A DNA stretch of 64,000 nucleotides from Eledone cirrhosa (GCA_964016885.1 OZ024741.1:336412001-336476000), one strand, 5' to 3'; shown: positions 24,001 to 35,342, numbered from the stretch's first letter. Program-made: numbers and translations. The notes: generated by a model from the letters alone, not told the origin.

Positions 24001-27000
24001 GAAGGTAGTCTGTAGGAAGGTACTCTGTAGGAAGGTAGTCTTTAGGAAGGTAGTCTGTAGGAAGGTAGTCTGTAGGAAGGTACTCTGTAGGAAGGTAGTC
24101 TGTAGGAAGGTAGTCTGTATGAAGGTAGTCTGTAGGAAGGTAGTCTGTAGGAAGGTACTCTGAAGGAAGGTACTCTGTAGGAAGGTAGTCTGTAGGAAGG
24201 TACTCTGTAGGAAGGTAGTCTTTAGGAAGGTAGTCTGTAGGAAGGTACTCTGAAGGAAGGTACTCTGTAGGAAGGTAGTCTGTAGGAAGGTACTCTGTAG
24301 GAAGGTTGTCTGTAGGAATGTACTCTGTAGGAAGGTACTCTGTAGGAAGGTAGTCTGCAGGAAGGTACTCTGTAGGAAGGTAGTCTGTAGGAAGGTACTC
24401 TGTAGGAAGGTACTCTGTAGGAAGGTAGTCTGTAGGAAGGTAGTCTGTAGGAAGGTAGTCTGTAGGAAGGTACTCTGTAGGAAGGTAGTCTGTAGGAAGG
24501 TACTCTGTAGGAAGGTACTCTGTAGGAAGGTAGTCTGTAGGAAGGTAGTCTGTAGGAAGGAAGTCTGTAGGTAGGTAGTCTGTAGGAAGGTAGTCTGTAG
24601 GAAGGAAGTCTGTAGGAAGGTACTCTGTAGGAAGGTAGTCTATACGAAGGTAGTCTGTATGAAGTTACTTTGTAGGAAGGTAGTCTGTAGGAAGGTACTC
24701 TGTAGGAAGGTACTCTGTAGGAAGGTAGTCTGTAGGAAGGTAGTCTGTAGGAAGGTAGTCTGTAGGAAGGTAGTCTGTAGGAAGGTACTCTGTAGGAAGG
24801 TAGTCTATACGAAGGTAGTCTGTATGAAGTTACTTTGTAGGAAGGTAGTCTGTAGGAAGGTACTCTGTAGGAAGGTACTCTGTAGGAAGGTAGTCTGTAG
24901 GAAGGTAGTCTGTAGGAAGGTAGTCTGTAGGAAGGTAGTCTGTAGGAAGGTAGTCTGTAGGAAGGTAGTCTGTAGGAAGGTACTCTGTAGGAAGGTAGTC
25001 TATACGAAGGTAGTCTGTATGAAGTTACTTTGTAGGAAGGTAGTCTGTAGGAAGGTACTCTGTAGGAAGGTACTCTGTAGGAAGGTAGTCTGTAGGAAGG
25101 TAGTCTGTAGGAAGGTAGTCTGTAGGAAGGTAGTCTGTAGGAAGGTACTCTGTAGGAAGGTACTCTGTAGGAAGGTACTCTGTAGGAAGGTAGTCTGTAG
25201 GAAGGTAGTCTGTAGGAAGGTACTCTGTAGGAAGGTAGTCTGTAGGAAGGTAGTCTGTAGGAAGGTAGTCTGTAGGAAGGTACTCTGTAGGAAGGTAGTC
25301 TGTAGGAAGGTACTCTGTAGGAAGGTACTCTGTAGGAAGGTAGTCTGTAGGAAGGTAGTCTGTAGGAAGGTAGTCTGTAGGAAGGTAGTCTGTAGGAAGG
25401 TTGTCTGTAGGAAGGTACTCTGTAGGAAGGTACTCTGTAGGAAGGTAGTCTGTAGGAAGGTAGTCTGTAGGAAGGTAGTCTGTAGGAAGGTAGTCTGTAG
25501 GAAGGTACTCTGTAGGAAGGTACTCTGTAGGAAGGTAGTCTGTAGGAAGGTAGTCTGTAGGAAGGTAGTCTGTAGGAAGGTTGTCTGTAGGAAGGTACTC
25601 TGTAGGAAGGTACTCTGTAGGAAGGTAGTCTGTAGGAAGGTAGTCTGTAGGAAGGTAGTCTGTATGAAGGTAGTCTGTAGGAAGGTAGTCTGTAGGAAGG
25701 TAGTCTGTAGGAAGGTTGTCTGTAGGAAGGTACTCTGTAGGAAGGTACTCTGTAGGAAGGTAGTCTGTAGGAAGGTAGTCTGTAGGAAGGTAGTCTGTAG
25801 GAAGGTAGTCTGTAGGAAGGTACTCTGTAGGAAGGTACTCTGTAGGAAGGTAGTCTGTAGGAAGGTAGTCTGTAGGAAGGTAGTCTGTAGGAAGGTAGTC
25901 TGTAGGAAGGTACTCTGTAGGAAGGTAGTCTGTAGGAAGGTAGTCTGTAGGAAGGTACTCTGTAGGAAGGTACTCTGTAGGAAGGTAGTCTGTAGGAAGG
26001 TAGTCTGTAGGAAGGTACTCTGTAGGAAGGTAGTCTGTAGGAAGGTACTCTGTAGGAAGGTAGTCTGTAGGAAGGTACCCTGTAGGAAGGTACTCTGTAG
26101 GAAGGTATTTTGTAGGAAGGTACTCTTTAGAAAGGTAGTCTGTAGGAAGGTACTCTGTAGGAAGGTACTCTGTAGGAAGGTACTCTGTAGGAAGGTAGTC
26201 TGTAGGAAGGTAGTCTGTAGGAAGGTACTCTGTAGGAATGTAGTCTGTAGGAAGGTACTCTGTAGGAAGGTAGTCTGTAGGAGGTAGTCTGTAGGAAGGT
26301 AGTCTGTAGGTAGGTAGTCTGTAGGAAGGTAGTCTGTACGAAGGTACTCTGTAGGAAGGTAGTCTGTAGGAAGGTAGTCTGTTGGAAGGTAGTCTGTAGG
26401 AAGGTAGTCTGTAGGAAGGTACTCTGTAGGAAGGTACTCTGTAGGAAGGTACTCTGTAGGAAGGTAGTCTGTAGGAAGGTAGTCTGTAGGAAGGTAGTCT
26501 GTAGGAAGGTAGTCTGTAGGAAGGTACTCTGTAGGAAGGTAGTCTGTAGGAAGGTACTCTGTAGGAAGGTTGTCTGTAGGAAGGTAGTCTGTAGGAAGGT
26601 ACTCTGTAGGAAGGTAGTCTGTAGGAAGGTAGTCTGTAGGAAGGTACTCTGTAGGAAGGTAGTCTGTAGGAAGGTAGTCTGTAGGAAGGTACTCTGTAGG
26701 AAGGTACTCTGTAGGAAGGTAGTCTGTAGGAAGGTAGTCTGTAGGAAGGTACTCTGTAGGAAGGTAGTCTGTAGGAAGGTACTCTGTAGGAAGGTACTCT
26801 GTAGGAAGGTAGTCTGTAGGAAGGTACTCTGTAGGAAGGTACGCTGTAGGAAGGTAGTCTGTAGGAAGGTAGTCTGTAGGAAGGTAGTCTGTAGGAAGGT
26901 ACTCTGTAGGTAGGTAGTCTGTAGGAAGGTACTCTGTAGGAAGGTAGTCTGTAGGAAGGTACTCTGTAGGAAGGTAGTCTGTAGGAAGGTAGTCTGTAGG

Positions 27001-30000
27001 AAGGTAGTCTGTACGAAGGTACTCTGTAGGAAGGTAGTCTGTAGGAGGGTAGTCTGTAGGAAGGTACTCTGTAGGAAGGTACTCTGTAGGAAGGTAGTCT
27101 GTAGGAAGGTACTCTGTAGGAAGGTACTCTGTAGGAAGGTAGTCTGTAGGAAGGTACTCTGTAGGAAGGTACTCTGTAGGAAGGTTGTCTGTAGGAAGGT
27201 AGTCTGTAGGAAGGTACTCTGTAGGAAGGTAGTCTGTAGGAAGGTAGTCTGTAGGAAGGTACTCTGTAGGAAGGTACTCTGTAGGAAGGTAGTCTGTAGG
27301 AAGGTAGTCTGTAGGAAGTTACTTTGTAGGAAGGTAGTCTGTAGGAAGGTACTCTGTAGGAAGGTACTCTGTAGGAAGGTAGTCTGTAGGAAGGTACTCT
27401 GTAGGAAGGTAGTTTGTAGGAAGGTACTCTGTAGGAAGGTAGTCTGTAGGAAGGTACTCTGTAGGAAGGTACTCTGTAGGAAGGTAGTCTGTAGGAAGGT
27501 ACTCTGTAGGAAGGTAGTCTGTAGGAAGGTACTCTGTAGGAAGTTAGTCTGTAGGAAGGTACTCTGTAGGAAGGTACTCTGTAGGAAGGTAGTCTGTAGG
27601 AAGGTACTCTGTAGGAAGGTACTCTGTAGGAAGGTAGTCTGTAGGAAGGTAGTCTGTAGGAAGGTAGTCTGTAGGAAGGTACTCTGTAGGTAGGTAGTCT
27701 GTAGGAAGGTACTCTGTAGGAAGGTAGTCTGTAGGAAGGTACTCTGTAGGAAGGTAGTCTGTAGGAAGGTAGTCTGTAGGAAGGTACTCTGTAGGAAGGT
27801 AGTCTGTAGGAAGGTACTCTGTAGGAAGGTACTCTGTAGGATGGTAGTCTGTAGGAAGGTAGTCTGTAGGAAGGTACTCTTTAGGATGGTAGTCTGTAGG
27901 AAGGTAGTCTGTAGGAAGGTACTCTGTAGGAAGGTACTCTGTAGGAAGGTAGTCTGTAGGAGGGTAGTGTTTAGGAAGGTAGTCTGTAGGAAGGTAGTCT
28001 GTAGGAAGGTAGTCTGTAGGAAGGTACTCTGAAGGAAGGTACTCTGTAGGAAGTTAGTCTGTAGGAAGGTAGTCTGTAGGAAGGTACTCTGTAGGAAGGT
28101 ACTCTGTAGGAAGGTACTCTGTAGGAAGGTTGTCTGTACGAAGGTACTCTGTAGGAAGGTAGTCTGTAGGAGGGTAGTCTGTAGGAAGGTACTCTGTAGG
28201 AAGGTAGTCTGTAGGAAGGTACTCTGTAGGAAGGTAGTCTGTAGGAAGGTACTATGTAGGAAGGTAGTCTGTAGGAAGGTACTCTGAAGGAAGGTACTCT
28301 GTAGGAAGGTAGTCTGTAGGAAGGTACTCTGTATGAAGGTAGTCTTTAGGAAGGTAGTCTGTAGGAAGGTACTCTGTAGGAAGGTACTCTGTAGGAAGGT
28401 ACTCTGTAGGAAGGTAGTCTGTAGGAAGGTAGTCTGTAGGAAGGTACTCTGTAGGAAGGTACTCTGTAGGAAGGTACTCTGTAGGAAGGTAGTCTGTAGG
28501 AAGGTAGTCTGTAGGAAGGTACTCTGTAGGAAGGTAGTCTTTAGGAAGGTAGTCTGTAGGAAGGTAGTCTGTAGGAAGGTAGTCTGTAGGAAGGTAGTCT
28601 GTAGGAAGGTACTCTGTAGGAAGGTAGTCTGTAGGAAGGTACTCTGTAGGAAGGTACTCTGTAGGAAGGTAGTCTTTAGGAAGGTAGTCTGTAGGAAGGT
28701 AGTCTGTAGGAAGGTACTCTGTAGGAAGGTAGTCTGTAGGAAGGTACTCTGTAGGAAGGTACTTTGTAGGAAGGTAGTCTGTAGGAAGGTAGTCTGTAGG
28801 AAGGTACTCTGTAGGAAGGTAGTCTGTAGGAAGGTACTCTGTAGGAACGTACTCTGTAGGAAGGTACTCTGTAGGAAGGTACTCTGTAGGAAGGTACCCT
28901 GTAGGAAGGTAGTCTGTAGGAAGGTACTCTGTAGGAAGGTAGTCTGTAGGAAGGTAGTCTGTAGGAAGGTAGTCTGTAGGAAGGTACTCTGTAGGAAGGT
29001 ACTCTGTAGGAAGGTACTCTGTAGGAAGGTACTCTGTAGGAAGGTACTCTGTAGGAAGGTACCCTGTAGGAAGGTAGTCTGTAGGAAGGTACTCTGTAGG
29101 AAGGTAGTCTGTAGGAAGGTACTCTGTAGGAAGGTACTCTGTAGGAAGGTACTCTGTAGGAAGGTAGTCTGTAGGAAGGTAGTCTGTAGGAAGGTTGTCT
29201 GTACGAAGGTACTCTGTAGGAAGGTACTCTGTAGGAAGGTACTCTGTAGGAAGGTACTCTGTAGGAAGGTAGTCTGTAGGAAGGTACTCTGTAGGAAGGT
29301 AGTCTGTAGGAAGGTACTCTGTAGGAAGGTAATCTGTAGGAAGGTACTCTGTAGGAAGGTAGTCTGTAGGAAGGTAGTCTGTAGGAAGGTAGTCTGTAGG
29401 AAGGTAGTCTGTAGGAAGGTACTCTGAAGGAAGGTACTCTGTAAGAAGGTACTCTGTAGGAAGGTAGTCTGTAGTAAGGTTGTCTGTAGGAAGGTACCCT
29501 GTAGGAAGGTACTCTGTAGGAAGGTACTCTGTAGGGAGGTAGTCTGTAGGAAGGTAGTCTGTAGGAAGGTAGTCTGTAGGAAGGTAGTCTGTAGGAAGGT
29601 ACTCTGTAGGAAGGTAGTCTGTAGGAAGGTACTCTGTAGGTAGGTAGTCTGTAGGAAGGTAGTCTGAAGGAAGGTACTCTGTAGGAAGGTACTCTGTAGG
29701 AAAGTAGTCTGTAGGAAGGTAGTCTGTAGGAAGGTAGTCTGTAGGAAGGTACTCTTAAGGAAGGTAGTATGTAGGAAGGTACTCTGTAGGAAGGTAGTTT
29801 GTAGGAAGGTACTCTGTAAGAAGGTACTCTTAAGGAAGGTAGTCTGTAGGAAGGTACTCTTTAGGAAGGTTGTCTGTAGGAAGGTACTCTGTAGGAAGGT
29901 AGTCTGTAGGAAGGTACTCTGTAGGAATGTACTTTGTAGGAAGGTAGTCTGTAGGAAGGTAGTCTGTAGGAAGGTAGTCTGTAGGAAGGTACTCTGTAGG

Positions 30001-31479
30001 AAGGTACTCTGTAGGAAGGTAGTCTGTAGGAAGGTAGTCTGTAGGAAGGTACTCTGAAGGAAGGTACTCTGTAGGAAGGTAGTCTGTAGGAAGGTAGTCT
30101 GTAGGAAGGTAGTCTGTAGGAAGGTACTCTCTAGGAAGGTAGTCTGTAGGAAGGTAGTCTGTAGGAAGGTAGTCTGTAGGAAGGTACTCTGTAGGAAGGT
30201 ACTCTGTAGGAAGGTAGTCTGTAGGAAGGTAGTCTGTAGGAAGGTACTCTGAAGGAAGGTAGTCTGTAGGAAGGTAGTCTGTAGGAAGGTAGTCTGTAGG
30301 AAGGTAGTCTGTGGGAAGGTACTCTGAAGGAAGGTAGTCTGTAGGAAGGTACTCTGTGGGAAGGTACTCTGAAGGAAGGTAGTCTGTAGGAAGGTAGTCT
30401 GTAGGAAGGTAGTCTGTAGGAAGGTACTCTGTAGGAAGGTAGTCTGTAGGAAGGTACTCTGTAGGAAGGTAGTCTGTAGGAATGTAGTCTGTAGGAAGGT
30501 ACTCTGTGGGAAGGTACTCTGAAGGAAGGTAGTCTGTAGGAAGGTAGTCTGTAGGAAGGTAGTCTGTAGGAAGGTACTCTGTAGGAAGGTAGTCTGTAGG
30601 AAGGTACTCTGTAGGAAGGTAGTCTGTAGGAATGTAGTCTGTAGGAAGGTACTCTGTGGGAAGGTACTCTGAAGGAAGGTAGTCTGTAGGAAGGTAGTCT
30701 GTAGGAAGGTAGTCTGTAGGAAGGTACTCTGTAGGAAGGTAGTCTGTAGGAAGATACTCTGTAGGAAGGTAGTCTGTAGGAAGGTACTCTGTAGGAAGGT
30801 ACTCTGTAGGAAGGTAGTCTGTAGGAAGGTATTCTGTAGGAAGGTACTCTGTAGGAAGGTAGTCTGTAGGAAGGTAGTCTGTAGGAAGGTAGTCTGAAGG
30901 AAGGTACTCTGTAGGAAGGTAGTCTGTAGGAAGGTAGTCTGTAGGAAGGTACTCTTAAGGAAGGTAGTCTGTAGGAAGGTACTCTGTAGGAAGGTAGTCT
31001 GTAGGAAGGTACTCTGTAGGAAGGTACTCTGTAGGAAGGTAGTCTGTAGGAAGGTAGTCTGTAGGGAGGTAATCTGTAGGAAGGTACTCTGTAGGAAGGT
31101 AGTCTGTAGGAAGGTAGTCTGTAGGAAGGTGCTCTGTAGGAAGGTACTCTGAAGGAAGGTACTCTGTAGGAAGTTACTCTGTAGAAAGTTGGTCTGTAGG
31201 AAAGTATTCTGAAGGTAGGTAGTCTGTAGGAAGGTAGTCTGTAGGAAGGTACTCTGAAGGAAGGTACTCTGAAGGAAGGTAGTCTGTAGGAAGGTACTCT
31301 GTAGGAAGGTAGTCTGTAGGAAGGTAGTCTGTAGGAAGGTACTCTGTAGAAAGGTACTCTGTAGGAATGTACTCTGAAGGTAGGTACTCTGAAGGAAGGT
31401 ACTCTGTAGAAAGGTACTCTGCAGGTAGGTACTCTGAAGGTAGGTACTCTGAAGGAAGGTACTCTGTATGAAGCTACTC
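1..31479. repeat. 15-bp tandem satellite, consensus AAGGTA(G/C)TCTGTAGG, ~2,100 units, running off the left edge of the window
   Basis: Continuous 15-nt periodicity read directly. Two major variants GTAGTC/GTACTC. Register breaks only near 5850-5856, 6514 and 26282. Degenerates over the last ~350 bp. Confidence 0.99.
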
Positions 31480-31588
31480 AAAAGAGATATATAATACATT
31501 TCGAGATTTGAAGATTTTTATTCCACTTTTCAATATTTGCTTCAGTAATCTCATTAGACTAAATATTCCCATTCTCGAAGACAGAATA

Positions 31589-31757
31589 TGAAGGTAGGTT
31601 GACTATGAAGGTGTGATGCTAGGCTGTGAAATCTCACAGGCATTAATTTCAATTCTTAAGAATAACATAATCCAGAGATTAAGTTAAAAAGTAAACCTCA
31701 TTTGTTCATTCCATGAGAGTATCTTGGTCATCCTATAAAAGTTTTAGCCGACTCTCA
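31589..31757 (-). mobile_element. Tc1/mariner-type MITE, same family as 58253-58449, one TIR partly deleted
   Basis: Reverse complement (TGAGAGTCGGCTAAAACTTTTATAGGATGACCAAGATACTCTCATGGAATG...GAAATTAATGCCTGTGAGATTTCACAGCCTAGCATC) aligns colinearly with 58253-58430. Flanked by TA on both sides. Confidence 0.75.
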
Positions 31758-31989
31758 TATATCCAAATTAAAAGACAATTGAAGAATTTCAATAATTTTC
31801 ATTCTGCAATATATTATATTTAATCATTGTCTATTATTTCTTCACTAACATTGAATTCCATCAATCAGTCTGTATTGGCTTGATTCATATTTCAATAAGA
31901 AATATATTTTATATATGTTTGTAAGTGTTTTTTTTTTCATAAAAGCAGAGGCATAGTTGTATCATAATATTTGATGATTGTACATAAGC

Positions 31990-32096
31990 ATGTGTGTATT
32001 TTTGTGTATATGTTTGTGTGTATATGTATGTGTGTGTATATATGTATATGTGTGTGTGCATGTATACACGCATATATATATATGTATATATATATG

Positions 32097-32170
<74 letters not shown>

Positions 32171-32400
32171 TATATATATATGAATGTGTATATGTGTGTA
32201 TATATGAATGTGTGTGTGTGTATATGTATATATGAATGTGTGTGTGTATATATGAATATATGTGTGTGTGTATATGTATATATGAATATGTGTGTGTGTA
32301 TATATGTATATATGAATATATATGTGTGTGTGTATACATATATATGAATATATATGTGTGTCTATATATATATGTGTGTGTATGGATATACGTAATTATG
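31990..32400. repeat. compound (TA)n/(TG)n microsatellite with a TATATGAATGTGTG sub-motif
   Basis: Direct reading. Confidence 0.95.
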
Positions 32401-32736
32401 TATGTACTGCATTTTAGATTTTGTTTAGTAAGCAGATGATGAAGAAATGGTTAGATTTTAGCTTAGTTAACTACCTTTTTGGAAATATACTAAATGAACT
32501 CTCTGTTCTTGAAACTTGTGAAGAATATATTTTTGAGAAAAAATACAACAAATACTAATTAAATAAGAATGAAAAACAACTAATTATGGTTCTCCATTTC
32601 ATAATTATTACAAGAAAGCTGTGGCGTAATTATACAATATATGCTAGCAGAATATACAAATTGATAAGAGCTAAATATATATATATCATATATATGTATG
32701 TATATATATATATGTGTCTGTGTGAATGTGTATATT

Positions 32737-32780
<44 letters not shown>

Positions 32781-32803
32781 GGTATGTTTATATGTATGTA
32801 TAT

Positions 32804-32846
32804 AAACCCATGCTAGTGTGGAAGATGGACGTTAAACGATGATGAT
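32804..32846 (+). mobile_element. RTE LINE extreme 3' tail fragment (subfamily B)
   Basis: CCCATGCTAGTGTGGAAGATGGACGTTAAAC(GAT)3; same tail as the RT-bearing copy at 35810. Confidence 0.8.
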
Positions 32847-32850
32847 ATGT

Positions 32851-33071
32851 ATCATCATCATCATCATCATCAGGTTTAGCGTCCGTGTTCCACGCTTGCA
32901 TGGGTTTGGACGGGGGTTTTCCCACTTGAGGCAAGAGTGGTTGTCTTGCTCGCATAGGACTGTCTGGCGGGTTTTCTACAGTTGGATGCCCTTCCTAACA
33001 CCAACCACATTTACAGTGTGGGGCTGGGAGGTTTTTACCGTGTTGCCTACACGGCCACATTACAGCGTGGA

Positions 33072-33075
<4 letters not shown>
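32851..33075 (-). mobile_element. RTE LINE 3' UTR fragment (subfamily A), 5'-truncated
   Basis: Near-identical to the 3' UTRs at 51368 and 54045; (CAT)n tail on the + strand; embedded in TA microsatellite. Confidence 0.9.
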
Positions 33076-33152
<77 letters not shown>

Positions 33153-33392
33153 CGTGTGTGTGTATATATATATATATATGTGTGTGTGTGTGCATATATA
33201 TATATATATATGTGTGTGTGTGTATATATGTATATATTTATGTATACATATGTGTACAGGTATGTATTTATATATACATATATGTACATGTATATATTTA
33301 TGTATACATTTATGCACAACTATATATTTATATATACATATATGTACATGTATATATATATATATATATACACACACACAGACATATGTATA
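33076..33392. repeat. (TA)n/(TG)n compound microsatellite
   Basis: Direct reading. Confidence 0.95.
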
Positions 33393-34530
33393 TCAAACCA
33401 AATTCTGTTTTCATTTCTGCACATGCATGATACTATATTATCATAAGAACGTTTTTCAGTCAATATAGCAAAATATGTTGGCAGGAAATTCTAAGAGAAA
33501 CCCTTATAGAGATATCAGCTTTAAAAGAATATTTTCGACATGTTTCTCCTCATGAAAGTTTTCAAAATTTTTGATGTGTTTTATTATTTTTTTCATTTTA
33601 CATTTGGTTCTTTTGTATGGACGTCCAGTAAAATTACTCTAAATTTGTTACCTTCGTATGAAATTCATATAAATGCTAAATATTACTTAGTTTAACTAAT
33701 TTTATAAATAAATTACCTCTATAGAAATTTGAAGCAGTTCACACGGATTCACGGCAATCTCTCTCCTCTTATAAAGATCAATCATTTATGAACATTAAAG
33801 GATAAAATTCAAAGCAAAGTAGCTTTAACTAAAAGCAATACACATTTTCTATAACTCTATTGATTTCTGACATTCAAACCTAAATATAAAACTTACAAAG
33901 ATCAAATTAATATTTTTAATGGAATTTCATTTGTACACGCAATAATTTTTCATCTTACCATATGATGTGCTTAAAAATAAATAACTATAATTTGGCTTAT
34001 GTGCAAAAATTGTAATTTATCTCATTGGTTTATTTCTAAAGTTCTAATCTTAATAAATGCTTTACAATATTTCTAGCTCAGCTCTAATGTGTAGTTGATT
34101 GTAAATTATTTGAAATTAATTCAAAATGCCTGCATTCAGATTTGCTATTTTGTATGATATTATAAATCTTGATTCAAAACATAGAATCTGAAATATATCA
34201 TGGTATTAGACTTGATTAATTTAACATGTTTATGTAATGTCAGCTCACAAAAGCAACCTGGCTTGATTTTTATGTCATTCATCAAATAAGGACATCTATT
34301 ATGACATTGAAGAACAGGAGTGGTTATTGTAATGACAAAAATAACTTATATCTGCTTCTAATTGCTGGTGCTCTGTTTATTATCAGTATTTATAGACAAA
34401 ACAACTATATTCAGATTCAGAAATAGGTCCCAGCTTTGTAACCTCTGTCACAAAAGAAGTTTCATATCAGCTGATACCATAACTCAAAACATCACCATTC
34501 ATCATCTCTGTTTACCATCACCATTTAACA

Positions 34531-34716
34531 CAGACATGTCAAACTGTGGGTCAAATGTGTCACATGTTGTCTGAGGGCCACACATGACAACTAATTGCAC
34601 ATATTACAAATAATTTTTTAAATTCTATATTACAAAGATAAAACATGCTCATGCTGTAAATACCTTTGTGCTGGCCACAGGTGTGCTTGTAAAGGGCCGC
34701 ATGTTTGACATGCCTG
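34531..34716. mobile_element. hAT (Charlie-like) MITE inserted into an old RTE-type tail
   Basis: TIRs CAGACATGTCAAAC / GTTTGACATGCCTG; 8-bp TSD ATTTAACA / GTTTAACA (1 mismatch). Rejoined flanks read CATCACCATTTAACATATATTTTCCATGCTTGTATGG, matching the RTE tail on the minus strand. Confidence 0.85.
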
Positions 34717-34946
34717 GTTTAACATATATTTTCCATGCTTGTATGGCTTAGATGGGCTGTCACATGCTGAGTTCATACTGGTCAGGTGACTATGTCTCTG
34801 AACAAAATCTGAACTTATCTCCGTTTTCTGGCATATGCCAAAATTCCTGCTAATTATCTTTAAAAAAAATACTTTTTGAAGCTTGATGAAATGAACATGA
34901 CATCTTTGACCGTATAACTAATCAAAGGTATCCAGTTATTCTAACA

Positions 34947-35056
34947 TTATCCCGCTGAGGTTAACTTTGCCTTTTATCCTTACGCTGTCGATAAAATATA
35001 GTACCAGTAATGCACTGGGTAATTGCTGGCCTTGTGCCAAAAGTAGAAACAATTAT
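34947..35056 (+). mobile_element. tRNA-derived SINE fragment (Meta/MESC-like central domain plus 3' end)
   Basis: GAGGTTAACTTTGCCTTTTATCCTT...GTCGATAAAATATAGTACCAGT core shared with 49812, 60150, 61575 and 62291; family name recalled from memory, not searched. Confidence 0.7.
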
Positions 35057-35289
35057 ATTTTCAGTTATTTTGGACTTTGTGATGAGTACGTTTGACTGTA
35101 AAACCACTCACAAGTATAGTTGAAATATCAGGAACTAATGCTGTTTATCAATATTTGTAATAGATTCTAAACATTTCTAACATAGGTGTGAAACCAGTAC
35201 TTTTGTGTTTTTGTCTGCCTTACCTTTGGTCTCTTAACTTCACCAGGAGGCCTAGGAGGACAGTAGCTCTGGCTAAGTACTGAACTGGT

Positions 35290-35342
35290 CTATGATAACC
35301 CATCCAACCCATGATAGCATGGAAAAGCAGGTATAAAATGAT
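35290..35342 (+). mobile_element. old RTE-tail-bearing fragment
   Basis: CCCATCCAACCCATGATAGCATGGAAAAGCAGGTATAAAATGAT is a diverged version of the RTE stem-loop tail. Confidence 0.55.

Noticed and set aside
5704-29427. ORFs KVVCR/KVLCR, YLPTD and YRLPS repeats
   Set aside because: Translations of the 15-bp satellite; starts and stops are point variants of the unit.
1-31479. CRISPR-like or telomeric array
   Set aside because: No unique spacers and no cas genes; the unit is not TTAGGG and nothing shows a chromosome end.
1-31479. G-quadruplex array
   Set aside because: Only GG doublets with a 9-nt loop; at best weak two-tier potential.
31587-31614. TATGAAGGTAGG...TATGAAGGTG as an outlying seed of the satellite
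   Set aside because: Explained by the partly deleted TIR of the mariner MITE (aligns with 58400-58449).
31909-33468. Y/I/C/V/H/T-rich ORFs (also 51139-51456, 53045-53679, 55493-56245, 63756-63947)
   Set aside because: Translations of (TA)n/(TG)n microsatellites.
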